In this document: piece by piece, positions 37,242-47,540 of the stretch
Numbering within the stretch: the first letter of the stretch is position 1
Layout: each line of letters starts with the position of its first letter
NCBI GenBank assembly: GCA_018398765.1
Contig: JAHBMJ010000451.1
Location: forward strand, 1 to 47,540
DNA from: Chromera velia
Taxonomy: Eukaryota
DNA: 47,540 nt
Reading direction: 5' to 3'
Translations under genes and position numbers: made by a program
The notes under the pieces: model-generated
What the model was told of the DNA's origin: nothing
Databases searched by the model: none
What the model saw: only the letters and a program-made list of their open reading frames with translations

Positions 37242-40200
37242 TCACTGAACTGTCGGAACATTCCACACCATGCCGCCCTCATCTGCACTGCTCATCCTCT
37301 GACGGGAGGGTCGCCTCCCTATGCCCGGAATCACAGGCGAGTTTGACCCCACGCTGCTGCTGCCCCCCTCCGCTTCTGAGGACGAGGAGGACGGAGCAGA
37401 GATCCCACCACCCCCATCGCTCTCACTCGTCATCAGAGCGCCCCTCCCCTCCTCACCCCCGTCTCCTCCTACACCCTCCACCACACAACCACTCTGCGGC
37501 AGACTCCCGGCGTGCCCAGTCGTCTCTCTGTGTCTGCCCTTCCCCTTGTTGTCCTTATCCGAGGAAGAGGATGAGGAAGACGACGACGACGCGTCAATTG
37601 CAGACGGCGAGGGGCCCTCCACTGTAGAGGCCCCGGGGGAACCTGCGGCCTCCACCCACGAACCGTCCCCTGCCAGGTTGAGCAGAAAACGGCCGTACCT
37701 GCACCCAGTGGGGATATTAAGAGAAGAAGTCGGAGGAAAGGCACAAAAACACATGTGCATGTACACGCACAAACACACGCTCACACACTTACACACACAC
37801 ACACTCACACAGAGAGAGAGAGAGGAAAACAGGGAGCCGCGACACCGACGTGAACTCGCCCCGACATGGAATGAGTGACAGAAAGATAGACGGACAGACA
37901 GGGGATCCGCCCCTCATGCAGTCGCTAAGTTCCAAGGCAGCAGCATGTGCAAAGAAGGAGAGGTCGGAGGATTTCTGCCTTCTGCTTTACCTATTTTCAT
38001 GCAGAGCATTTTTCTTTTCATTCTCTTCTTCTTTCTTCAACATAAATCATCGGGTCTATCTTTCCCTCTGGCCCTTTCTCCCAGCAGTCAGAGGACAAGG
38101 AAGGAGCACGGGAAGGAGTCGCTCACGTTCACATCTAAGAAAACGTCTTTCAAATCAAAAAGGAAGCAGAAAATTCAAGCTGACAGCCAAGCCCTCATCA
38201 CACTCACTTGGGGAATGCGTAGGGAACCCTGGCACTATGCAGAGCGTGGATGTAGTGTTCGATTTGGTGCTGGTGTTGCTGGGGCGTCTGCTGGGGAGGG
38301 GGGCCGACTCTCTCCTCCCCCACGTGCAAAAACGGGCACAGGCCCTGGGCGCAGGGGAAGTTGGGGCACGTGACCTGTTTGTACAGCTCTGGGTGGTACC
38401 ACACCTCCTCCAGAGTGTGGGCGTACCTGCATGCAGGCTCGGGTGGGGTTATGCATGGCACAACATACACATGTGTCGTTTTGAATGCATCTTACCGTGC
38501 CTGTCGACTCCAAAAGAAAAGAAAAGAAAAGAAAAGAAAAGAGGAACATGCCCTCGACTGATCGATCGGACAGGCACCCGTCCCTTCAGTGCACCAACAT
38601 TCCCGCAAGTCCCGTCAGAGCGATCGCCAAGGACTTTCACAGGTCCTTGTCAAAAGACGAATCAAGCACAATTAAGTTTTCCGCCCACCTGCACGCTGCT
38701 CCGTTGGGACACCTGCTGGACGCCGTGCCCTTCCTCCACCCCTTCACGATCTCTGCACAGAGCGCAGGAGAGTACCCCACAGACGGGGGCCGTCTCCTCA
38801 TGCTCTTCTGGGAGATGTGCGACTGGAGACATCGGTCCTCCATCGAGCAGCCGTCGTTCGAAGAGGCGTTGCGACACACCTGCATGCACACGCACGTGCC
38901 TTTTTGTGTACATACGCGCCCCACACACACCCGAACCAAACTCCTTATTTGGTCTACACAAAGAAACAGAAAAGACCGAAAGCCAAACCGTAAGCGAAAG
39001 GCATGCGATCCACAAAACTCCCTTTCCTCCATCAACGATAAGTCGGAACAACTCTATGCGGAGATAAACTGCGGGAAAGAGAAAAAGTCTCGCCTGAAGG
39101 CCGGGAAAGAAGCTTCGCTCTCGGACAAATACAATGAAGCCCGCCTTTCCCTCGGACTCCCTCCCTCCCCCCCTCCCTCCCTTCAACTGACCTCTGTGCG
39201 GAAGAGGCTGAGGTCGAAGGAGCTGAGTCGCCTCTTCGGCAGGCCAGACCCCGGTCCGATATGCATGGGCCGGGAGCCGTACGACTCGGGGTAGAGGGGA
39301 ATGCCTTGCTCCTGTGCGATGGCGGTGAATCTGATCATCTGCTCTCTCTCCTCAGGACTCAGAAGACGACCCTGCTTCGGTTCGTGGGCATGGGGGCAGA
39401 AACCCCGACGGCAGTTCTGGTGTTTGTGGTCTTCGCACGGCATCTGCTTGTACATGAGTGGGTGGAATCGTATCTCTTCGACTGTGTGCGCATAGGAACA
39501 CTTTCGGTCCATCCGGCATCGCCGTGCAGATCCGGATAGAATAATGGGACAAAGCTGGGGGACGTAAAAGAACCTGTCGGGGGGGCGGCGGCGGTAGGGC
39601 TCTTCCGAGATGTGAGAGAATTTACACAGGTCTTCCCACCTGCAGCCAGCCTCAGAGTGAACCCGGCAACAGAGGAAGGATCTGAACCTACTCAAATCCT
39701 CTCTGGACAAGCCCTGCTCTTTGCTGACGTTCAAAACCCTCTCTCTCTCCCTCTCATCTCCACCCAACGCCCCTCTTCCTGTAGTCGGCACTTCTCTTTT
39801 TTGCTGCTGCTGGGGCACTTTCGTTCCGCTCCCTGCTTCGGCACATTCTTGGGGTGCAGTCACTTCCTTCGTGTTCGTTCCGTTTCCTTTTTTGCTCGTG
39901 GCCCCCTTTACCCACACGAGTCTCCTGTAATTCGCCCTTAAGTTCCCAATCATCGTGTCTGGCCACCCGAAGGATCGGAGATCCCTCACTGCCTCCTGCT
40001 CGAATCTGTCTTCGGGCATTGACAGAACGAGACGGGAAGAGAACAGACCTATGCCAATGATGTCCTTGAGAAGACATTCAGGCACGCAGTCAAGGACCAT
40101 TCCGTCCTCACAAAGCCTCCTGAAATCCTCCTTCTTTACCATTTTCTCAATTTCGTCAGCAGGAAGAGGAGCGGACATGGACATAGAAGGTGACGGTGCC

Positions 40201-40358
40201 AATTGTAGTTCTTGCTCCTGAGGTTCGCTGTCCCTTTCTTCGGCTTCTGCATAGAGAAGCCCATCCAGAATTTCCAATCCGGCATGGCCCTCTAGTCGGC
40301 CTCCGTCTGCAGATCCCTCTACTGAGGCCTGACTGCCTTCAGCTGCTGATAGGAACAT
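37242..40358 (-). CDS. Unkempt-like tandem CCCH zinc-finger RNA-binding protein (6 fingers, 3+3)
   Basis: Exons 40358-39192, 38879-38689, 38426-38208 and 37698-~37246 are phase consistent. Fingers: CRVHSEAGCRWEDLCKFSH, CPIIL..CRMDRKCSYAH(TVEEIRFHPLMYK), CEDHKHQNCRRGFCPHAH, CRNASSNDGCSMEDRCLQSH, CAEI..CPNGAACRYAH(TLEEVWYHPELYK), CPNFPCAQGLCPFLH. A 5' exon near 40563 and a 3' exon ~37158-36927 are possible but unproven. Confidence 0.85.
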
Positions 40359-41049
40359 CTGGTTGAAAGACCGTCAGTCAACTACTTGGAGATCAATCAA
40401 GAAAACTGCGGCAGGCCAGCAATCATCGTAACTCAAACTAAGCTCGACCGTCTCCGGACAAAATCAAAACGTACACTGCGGATAAAAACAAAAGGAAAGA
40501 ACTACTGCCTACTTGAAAACACTGCTTTGGTGGACTCAGTAGGATACTTTGCCAGGGACTCATGCACTTCCTCTGTTCGAACCATTGAATTGCAAGCTTC
40601 GAGACTATCGGAGTGAGCAAGGCGTTCGTAGTCTAGCTCTGACTGATCGCCCGATCACTTTTTTTAATTGTGTGTCAAAATTTGTTAGCTATAGTGCGGC
40701 GCGGCCCAGCGGGCCCCATCCACCTGTCAAGCGCCGCCGCCAAACCTGCCGCCCCCTCACTTTAACTTCAAGGCACTCATCAACAGCAACCTAACGTAGG
40801 CTAGAAGCCCTAAACTGAGAACCCAGATGGTTAGAGTGGGTGCCGCCGCAAGCTCTAAATCTAATAATAGTGAGATAAAAAAATAAAATCAAAGGATGCG
40901 AAGCGCACCAGTCCCCCGCGTAGATGGATTTTAAATTGTTCTCTTTGCAAAGGTAATCAAACAACAGATCTTAAAAAGAGAAGAAGAGGTGACATGGTGC
41001 TTTAGCGGCATAACATGATCACATGAAAATAAAAAAAAAGTAACGTCCA

Positions 41050-41754
41050 ATGGCTTCTACTAGACTATTGGCACCTGAGAAAGCAATTTCTGACCTTACA
41101 TCTCTTTATAGTAGAAGAACAATACAAAAACATGAGGTGCATAATATAATTCTGAGTATCATTGAGAATCCTTTCTGGCCAATCTGGCAGAAAGATAAAA
41201 AACGTAGATTAGTTCTTACAATTTGTTGCACAGCAAATGGGAACAAGTGTCTGGTCTGTCATGCAGCCCTTCTAATTGACAGGCAGACAAAACGGAGAGA
41301 AGTGGGTAAGGAGACAGTCCTGGCCTCCTATGATAGTGAAACAACAGAGGTGATCGTTCTCTCTGTTATACAGCACCACTTTCACCATACATGTCTGCCT
41401 TTGCCTGAACAGCCGAAGATTAGCGATGCTCCAAAGACTGCCCTCTCGGATATGTACCGGCTGGTCGCTCCAGAGGATGCAAAGAGGCAGCTGCCAGGGT
41501 TGATCAACGAGTTTCTCTGTTGTGAGCTTCTTTGTGCCAGCTGCCATGGAGAGAAGAAACACGAACACTGTCGGCACCCTCCAACCCCATCCCCACGTGT
41601 CAGTCTTTTTTTTTCTAAATCTATTGCGCTGCAAATGCATACAGTGTCATATAGATATACATGCATGCATTTTTCTTTTCGTTCTTCATGTATGTGCATG
41701 TGCAGGTTGATCAAAAGCTTCGAGCCGCCAGACAAAGAGGGGCTAACATTATGA
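41050..41754 (+). CDS. HNH (His-Me finger) endonuclease-like protein inside the Merlin-like element
   Basis: Open 234-aa ORF with GNKCLVC ... HFHH ... LINEFLCCELLCASCHGEKKH. This resembles the phage-type HNH pattern GGKCxxC...(E/D)FHH...E.xKCxLLCANCH. A possible phase-0 intron 41599-41705 (GTCAGT..TGCAG) would continue into VDQKLRAARQRG. Confidence 0.6.
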   Translation: MASTRLLAPEKAISDLTSLYSRRTIQKHEVHNIILSIIENPFWPIWQKDKKRRLVLTICCTANGNKCLVCHAALLIDRQTKRREVGKETVLASYDSETTEVIVLSVIQHHFHHTCLPLPEQPKISDAPKTALSDMYRLVAPEDAKRQLPGLINEFLCCELLCASCHGEKKHEHCRHPPTPSPRVSLFFSKSIALQMHTVSYRYTCMHFSFRSSCMCMCRLIKSFEPPDKEGLTL

Positions 41755-41772
41755 AGAAGGCTGTTGAAGACC

Positions 41773-43454
41773 TTAGCAGAAGGAAGCAGAGGAACCCGGC
41801 ACGCATGCTGCGGCAGACATGTCAGCATCCTTTTCTTCTCCAGTGTCTTCTTCTATCTGACGCATTTTTTTTTGAATGGGTGCCTCTTCTTCTTTCTCGG
41901 TTTCCATTTCTTCTTCCTCTTCCACATTCTTCTTCCTTCGCAAGACAGCAGGAAAGCCCATGGCTTATTGAACCAACCGAATTGCTTCAATCAACTTTAC
42001 AAAGCCTGACTGTGGTCTCTAAAAGATCTTTTCGTTCTATTTCCATGTCCATTACAACTGTAAGTCGCTTCTGGGCTGCTGCTTCTGCAAGTTGTAGACA
42101 ACAAGAAAGAACCGAATTCGATTCCAAAGAGATTCAATACGCTGCGTGTGCAATGCAGCCTTGCTCTCATCTTTTTTCTCTAAAAATCTTTTCCTGCCTG
42201 AGTGCTTCACACTTTCATGCAGAATGCCTGCTCTTGCCAGTATGTGAAAGCAGTATGCTCGCAGTGCATTAGAAACTAAAAAGGTGCATGGATCACACAC
42301 CTCCAAAATGAAGCCAGTCAATTCGTTTTTCATGTGTGCACATCTACCTGGCACCATGATCCAGAAGTGAAACCTGCCGGTGTGCTAATCCATACATCCA
42401 CACACCCAGTTTTCTATTTGAGTCTGCTTTTGCACTGGCTGACCAGTCGCCTGAGCGGCGTCTTGCTTCAGCTTGAAGTGCGCCTAAAAGCAGCCTACAC
42501 ACACAGATCAATCAGAGATCAGCAATGTACTCATACATTCAGTTATAGGTTTGTGTAATGCCATGCATATGTAAATCGCGGTCAGTCAGTCAGTGAGTTA
42601 GTGTGTATATCTGTCTGTCTGTCTCTATGTCTGTGTCCCTGTGCGTCTGTCTGTATGTCGATCTGTATGTCTGCGTGTCTGTATGTATGCGAGCATGTGT
42701 GTTGATTGTATTGATGCATATGTATGATAGATGTGTGCGCGTACGTATATATACATACGTGTATGCCTGTGTGCGGCCGAGCTGTGTGCCTGCAGGGTGA
42801 TGGATCGGAGCCGAGCCGCGCTGACTGACGTTTATCGACCTGACAGACGGTTAGCCGAGATTCATTCCCCTTTTATATCCGCTATTTGCATAACTTCCCA
42901 AAGAAAGGTTCTTTCAAGTCTTCTTTTCTAACTCCAGCGCAGTCACACTCTTCACCCTTCTCACACGTGTGACGGCCTCCGAGCTTGTTCCCTCCCAAAC
43001 TCTCCTCCAACAGATTATAGTCACACGTATATGTTCGGACATGCCTGTAGAACCTCCGCACTTGTTTTTTAGAGAATTCAAATTCTTTTAGTCCTTTTGT
43101 ATACAAGAGCGCCCAGGCCTGCTTGGGGGGGATGGTCTTAGCAAAAGTCCAGAGGAGACAGATTTTTGCTGGGAAACTGAGCTGCGAAATACGTTTGTCG
43201 AGGACAGTTCCTGCATCTCCTCCATACCTTGTTGACCTGCAGGTACATTTGCCTTGGTTCCAATTCAAAAGACTCTGCAAATCAGAAACTCCCTCTTGGA
43301 TTTCTTTCCATGTCTTGAAGTTTTTTCCGCAATTGCAAGTCTTTACGGTGGATAGGAGCATCCATTTGCATAGAGTATCAAAAAGTTCCGTAAAAGGGGT
43401 GTTCCAGATAAAGTCTAGAACACTAAAAAGAGATGTGATGTCTTCTGTTTTCAT
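41773..43454 (-). pseudogene. Merlin (ISXO2/IS1595-like DDE) transposase pseudogene with one intron
   Basis: CNCG..W...CTC, VRRFYRHVR..KLGG, VCQVD(K)|RCF across the phase-consistent intron 42829-42495, WVCGCMD*HTGRF..VPGR, LVS(N)ALRAY, HESVKHS, HTQRIESLW, FVKLIEAI. Eight in-frame TAA/TAG stops and no frameshift. The C-terminal end is uncertain. Confidence 0.88.
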
Positions 43455-43686
43455 CGTTTTCCTAATTTTTATCAATTCAAGTCAGAGCTACAGTCTTTTA
43501 AAGGCAAATTGAAGAACTACGATCGAGCGGTTTCTGACTTTAGTTATAATTTTAGTCGATTTTAGTGAATTTAAGTTTTTTTAAAGCTAGGGCCCGTTCA
43601 GCATATTTTTGAGTAATTTTAATAAATAAATGCTTTTTGGACCCACCTCTTATCTTAAGGCTTTAAGCCCAACGTAGCAGCAATGA

Positions 43687-45958
43687 TGATTGAGGGTTTT
43701 TTCATGCATGCCGCGTCCCCATATATGAGAGGCGGATCTAACTTAGTTTGTTGATTTGTTCCATCCTACGACTACCAGCGATGAAAATAGGCGTGACTTC
43801 GATCACCCTGATACAGCTGATCAATCGCAGCCTCACAACAGGTTGGACAATCAAAAGAGAGAGAAAAGAGACAGAGGGGATGCAGGGCAGAACCTTTGAA
43901 ACCCTTCAGTTCTTTTATTGAAAAAAGGCTACCCTTTTAATCAGAAAGACTTTAGTTGTGCAGAGGTGCATCCCGCACGTCTTCCATCCCTTCAAAGAAC
44001 TCCTCCTTTAAACACCCCCCATCAAAACTCTTTCTTTAAACTCAGTTTCCAAAACTTTTTCGATTCATTTGCTGGGACTTTTACCCATCCTTCTTCTGTC
44101 TTCTCCCATTGCCAAAGAAATTCTTTCAGTTTGCGCCCTCCTGGTCAAAAGACCCGGAGAACGCGGCCACTTCCCTCCTGAGCAGACCCTCGGGCTGGAA
44201 GGGGCCCCTTGTGCCCCTCCTACTGTGGATGAAGGACAGAAGGTTTACTGTGACAAAACGCTGCAGAGTGTAGGACAAGAGCTTGTAGTAGCGGTCTATC
44301 AACCTTGCTTGGACTGCTTCATCTCCCTCCCTACCCCTCACTCTCCTTACCTCCAACTTTGCCACTTCTTTCAAAAAGTTACTGTCTTTTTAACCTTACT
44401 ACTCCCTCCCCTGGTCTTCCATAAGTTTCAAAAACAAGCGGCACAAAACGGAAACCGATTTTATGGCAGATCTCCCCGTACCTGTCGTTCTTCACTTTCT
44501 CCATTCCCCTCGCTGCTGACCCTGCTGTTTTTGCAAATCGGCGCAGGCGGTTAGCATCGATGGAAAATGGATGGGTGACAGTGACGTCGGCGAGCACTGT
44601 GTCTCCAGACGGGAGCCTCACGAGAAAATCGGGGCGTTTTTGTCTCTCTTCGACCAGACAGGTTGCGGTAAACAGCCCAAGCTGCCCGAACGTAGGCTCT
44701 CTTGTCATGTAGCAGTGACGGAGGCCTTGAAAGAGGGAGCAAAAGGCGTCCTTCATTTGTTCATGCCGCCACCATACCCCCCCCCCTGTCCCGCAGGTCT
44801 GTGCATGTTGTCCCTCCACGTCCAGCAGGGCTCCACACGCACAGATAGGGTTTCTTCTGATCTCTGGAATGGACAAGCCGAGGCGGAGATGGATGGCTGT
44901 AGTAAAAAGGGTTGGAGAAATACAAGTCCAACCTGAAGATGGTATGGCTGTCAGCCAAGCGGAAGCGCCTGTCCCTGTACAGGATCGCAGACGGGCCTTC
45001 CTTTCGGCTGGCAAAGCAGCTAAGAGCTTTTTCCTCTGAACTAGGTGCAGCGCTTCCATCATGAGGTGCTGCACCTCCCATCTCTCCCACAACAACTAAT
45101 CTTCCATTCTCTCCCCCCACTGAAGTTTTAGAACTCAAGGAACCTTTCCAAGTTCCCGTTCGGTCCCCCCCCTACAATCAGTGTAAGCTTGCTCTGCCCT
45201 TTTTACCCAAAACAGACCTGCAAAGTCTGCCTTTGTTGGTGTTCCGAAACCCTGCTCTGTCAATCGGCTCCTCACTGCTGCAAGGGTGTGTGCCGCACAG
45301 CCTGCTAAGGCCGCTGGCGTGATAAAACGGAAGAAAGGGATCCCCAGTCCCCCCTGACATAACGGGAGATGCGCCTGGCTCTGCTTTTGGGTCCATTCTT
45401 CTGGGCTGAGGCGTATGCTGCGGGCGAAAGACTCGCCCAACTCCTTGTCTGCTCTTTCCCATACGTCTGTGTGGAGTCTGTCCCCCATCACCCGCGCCAA
45501 GTAGACGAGTTTGGAGAAGATGCAGTAATGAAACAGCAGGCTGCATCCCTGGGGAACTCCGTACCCCTCCACTCGCTTCCCCAGCTTTGTTGCTTCTGCT
45601 AGCTTCTTTTCGAACAGGCTGTTCACGAACGAGTCTTCACCCCCCCCTGCCCCCATCAACTTGTAGCCTTGTGTCGATACCTCTAGTCCTGGGGGGCGCT
45701 ATTGTGGGATCTCTCTCTCTGATTTCCCTCTCCAACTGGGAGAGAAAGCTGCGCTTTTATCCTTACCCAGATTGAGCGTCAGGCCGTATTCTCCCAAAAT
45801 TTCTACACAATCTGACCAGGTAGAGGTCAGACAATCAGTAGAGCTGGAAGGGAAAATGAGAGAGAGATCATCCATGTATACACCTATGAAACATCCCGCC
45901 CTCCCGTACTTCTCGTGCAGCCTCTTTTGCAACTTTTCTAAAGCAGGTTTTAGGCCGT
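43687..45958 (-). mobile_element. 5'-truncated CRE-like (R2-group, restriction-like endonuclease) non-LTR retrotransposon
   Basis: Perfect 15-bp TSD ACGTAGCAGCAATGA at 43672-43686 and 45959-45973. Begins inside the RT domain; ~440-nt 3'UTR; short TCAATCA tail. Confidence 0.92.
44126..45958 (-). pseudogene. RT - CCHC zinc knuckle - RLE ORF of the CRE-like element (disrupted)
   Basis: YMDD, GLTLNLGKDKS, LPLCQGGLG, ASAWLTAIP, LRLG, CACG..HAQTC, RHEQMKD, RPD..DVTVTHP, EKVK..Y, FVPLVFETYG. In-frame stops TAG 45699, TGA 45135 and TAG 45096; frameshift near 44380. Confidence 0.9.
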
Positions 45959-46349
45959 ACGTAGCAGCAATGAGGCGCACGAAGAAAACTATTCACATAA
46001 CGAATTGTAATGTCCCTACAGGACATGCCGTGGCCCCCAGGGGTGAGATAGGGTGAGAGCACTAAGAGGTGCGTCCATGATCGTGGTACATGCATGCAAC
46101 AGGTTCCCCTTCCCATATATATTAATATATGGTGCATGACAAAACCTTCAATCACGGTTGTTGGCTACGCAAAGGCGTAGCCGCGGTATCTGTAAATGCT
46201 GTAGAGGGCCGGAGACGGCTGGACGGGCTTCAAGACGGTTGAGAAGAAGAAATAAGAAGAGCTCTACTGTTAGATACGTTTGCTAATAAGAAAATTAATG
46301 ACGTATAAGGACTTCGCTAACACATAGTGTTAACGTGAATAAACGTGAA

Positions 46350-46581
46350 ACCTCCCTGAACCTAAGTGCTACTTAAAAAAACATAATCAAGATCATCTCT
46401 ATCTGCGGCATCTTTTTTCAAGAGACCATCCACGCCTGCGGTGTAGACAATCAAGACACCGTCCAGATATGTGGCTTTGGTTTTCAAGACACCATAAATA
46501 ATCCGTGCCTGCGGTGCGGACTTTCAAACTTATCCAAAAATGCGGCCTGAACTATCAAGTGGTAGTTACGTTCAGGGAGGT
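46350..46581. mobile_element. 232-bp MITE with ~26-bp TIRs and an 8-10-bp TSD
   Basis: Left ACCTCCCTGAACCTAAGTGCTACTT; right (reverse complement) ACCTCCCTGAACGTAACTACCACTT. Flanks TAAACGTGAA (46340-46349) and CAAACGTGAA (46582-46591). Internal repeats TTTTCAAGAsACCAT and ATCCryGCCTGCGGTG. Confidence 0.82.
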
Positions 46582-47184
46582 CAAACGTGAAAGAAAAAAT
46601 AAAATTGTAACTGCAGCAATATATTTAAATTTACTCATAAAACTTTAACAACTTATTTTTGCTTATAAAAAAAAAAATTACAGTGTTCCCTGCTTACATC
46701 TACTTACATTTTTATTTTTTATTTACGGAGTCAATATATAGGTCTTTTATATACAGATACACATGCTGTAATATTTTTTTTATTTACTTTCATTTATATT
46801 TTGGCGATTCTAGTAGTAGCATAGTAGCATATATAGTAGCCAAACATTATATACACCTTTTATTATCAACTTGCTCTTTTAAATCATCTAGCTGTGACTG
46901 AGACTGTGAGCTAGTCTATAAAATGTTTGAACACAACATTATATAAGTCCTAAACTACACGCTTGCTACGCTTGCTGTATTAGTTGCTGTAGTTGATTGT
47001 GTTCACTTACTCACTCACCAACATACTTAGTCACTAACTCACTGAGTCATTTTTGCTTTTTTTACTAATTCACTTACTCACTGTCTCGCTTGTTCACTCA
47101 CTTACTCCCTCATTTTCCCTGTCTCTCTTCAATCACTCACCCATATACCCAAAGTTAACGGCTTCCATTAAAATTCTTATATCC

Positions 47185-47530
47185 ACATGCCCAAACGGCT
47201 TTTGTTCACACACTCGCTCTCTCTGTCTCTCTTCATTTATTTCTATTTACCCACAGGCCCTAGCGGCTTGAAGTTCTATTTATACACTGAGTTTCATTCT
47301 CTCTTAGTGACAGGCTGTCTCTATTCATTCAGGTACCCACATGCCCATGCAAATATCTTCTGCTGACATGCTTGTGCGAGTCCTTGTCCCTCTTCATTCA
47401 CCCACACGCCCAACCGGCTCCTGTTCACCTAGCCTGTTCATACCGGTTCATACACTCGCTTTCCCTATCTGTGTTCATGCACCCACACCATCGTGACGCC
47501 TCAAACGGCTTCTGTTTACACACTCGCTCT
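47185..47530. repeat. Degenerate dispersed ~30-bp repeats (AAACGGCTTyTGTTyACACACTCGCTCT-like)
   Basis: Related units near 47192, 47410, 47442 and 47502; possibly subterminal repeats of an element that continues beyond the window. Confidence 0.5.
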
Positions 47531-47540
47531 CCATGTTTCT

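Larger units (their letters stand above)
40800..43668 (-). mobile_element. Merlin/IS1595-like DNA transposon (~2.87 kb) carrying a transposase and a convergent HNH-like gene
   Basis: Imperfect TIRs GCTAGAAGCCCTAA (40800-40813) and TTAAGGCTTTAAGC (43655-43668). 9-bp flanks CTAACGTAG (40791-40799) and CCAACGTAG (43669-43677). Internal ISXO2-type DDE transposase. Confidence 0.75.

Noticed and set aside
41272..41640. Minus-strand ORF as a protease-like C-terminal extension of the transposase
   Set aside because: No convincing catalytic motif; the + strand ORF here has a much better HNH-like pattern.
41965..42884. Host-wide TAA/TAG=Gln genetic code as the explanation of the stops
   Set aside because: The host exons I assembled contain no in-frame TAA/TAG and the Rab ends in TAG right after its CCxx motif. 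The D->N and E->K motif changes also need mutation. A donor-specific code remains testable but is less likely.
1..47540. tRNA, rRNA or spliced-leader RNA genes
   Set aside because: None recognisable by eye, including at the CRE-like insertion sites; a covariance-model search was not possible.

Overview
This is eukaryotic, intron-rich protist-type DNA. Microsatellite-filled introns, frequent GTCAGT/GTCTGT donors and TGCATGCA promoter motifs suggest a chromerid alveolate such as Chromera, but that assignment is inference only. Host genes I could read, several with exon phases checked by hand: a calpain-like protease (intronless, 5' part frameshifted), a KLC-type TPR protein, an ankyrin-repeat protein, a Rab32/38/29-like GTPase, an SLC4/BOR-family anion transporter, TMEM138 and an Unkempt-like six-CCCH zinc-finger protein. 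The AT-rich islands between genes are transposon debris: three MITEs with TIRs and TSDs, two copies of a CRE-like non-LTR retrotransposon with TSDs, and a 2.9-kb Merlin/IS1595-like DNA transposon. Two observations stand out. (1) The Merlin-like element carries a second, convergent gene encoding a phage-type HNH endonuclease-like protein. (2) The transposons show a directional CpA->TpA (TpG->TpA) mutation pattern like fungal RIP: 8 in-frame TAA/TAG stops, no frameshift, and D->N and E->K changes in catalytic motifs, while the neighbouring spliced host genes read intact. The Rab gene also has a tandemly duplicated switch-I/interswitch exon.
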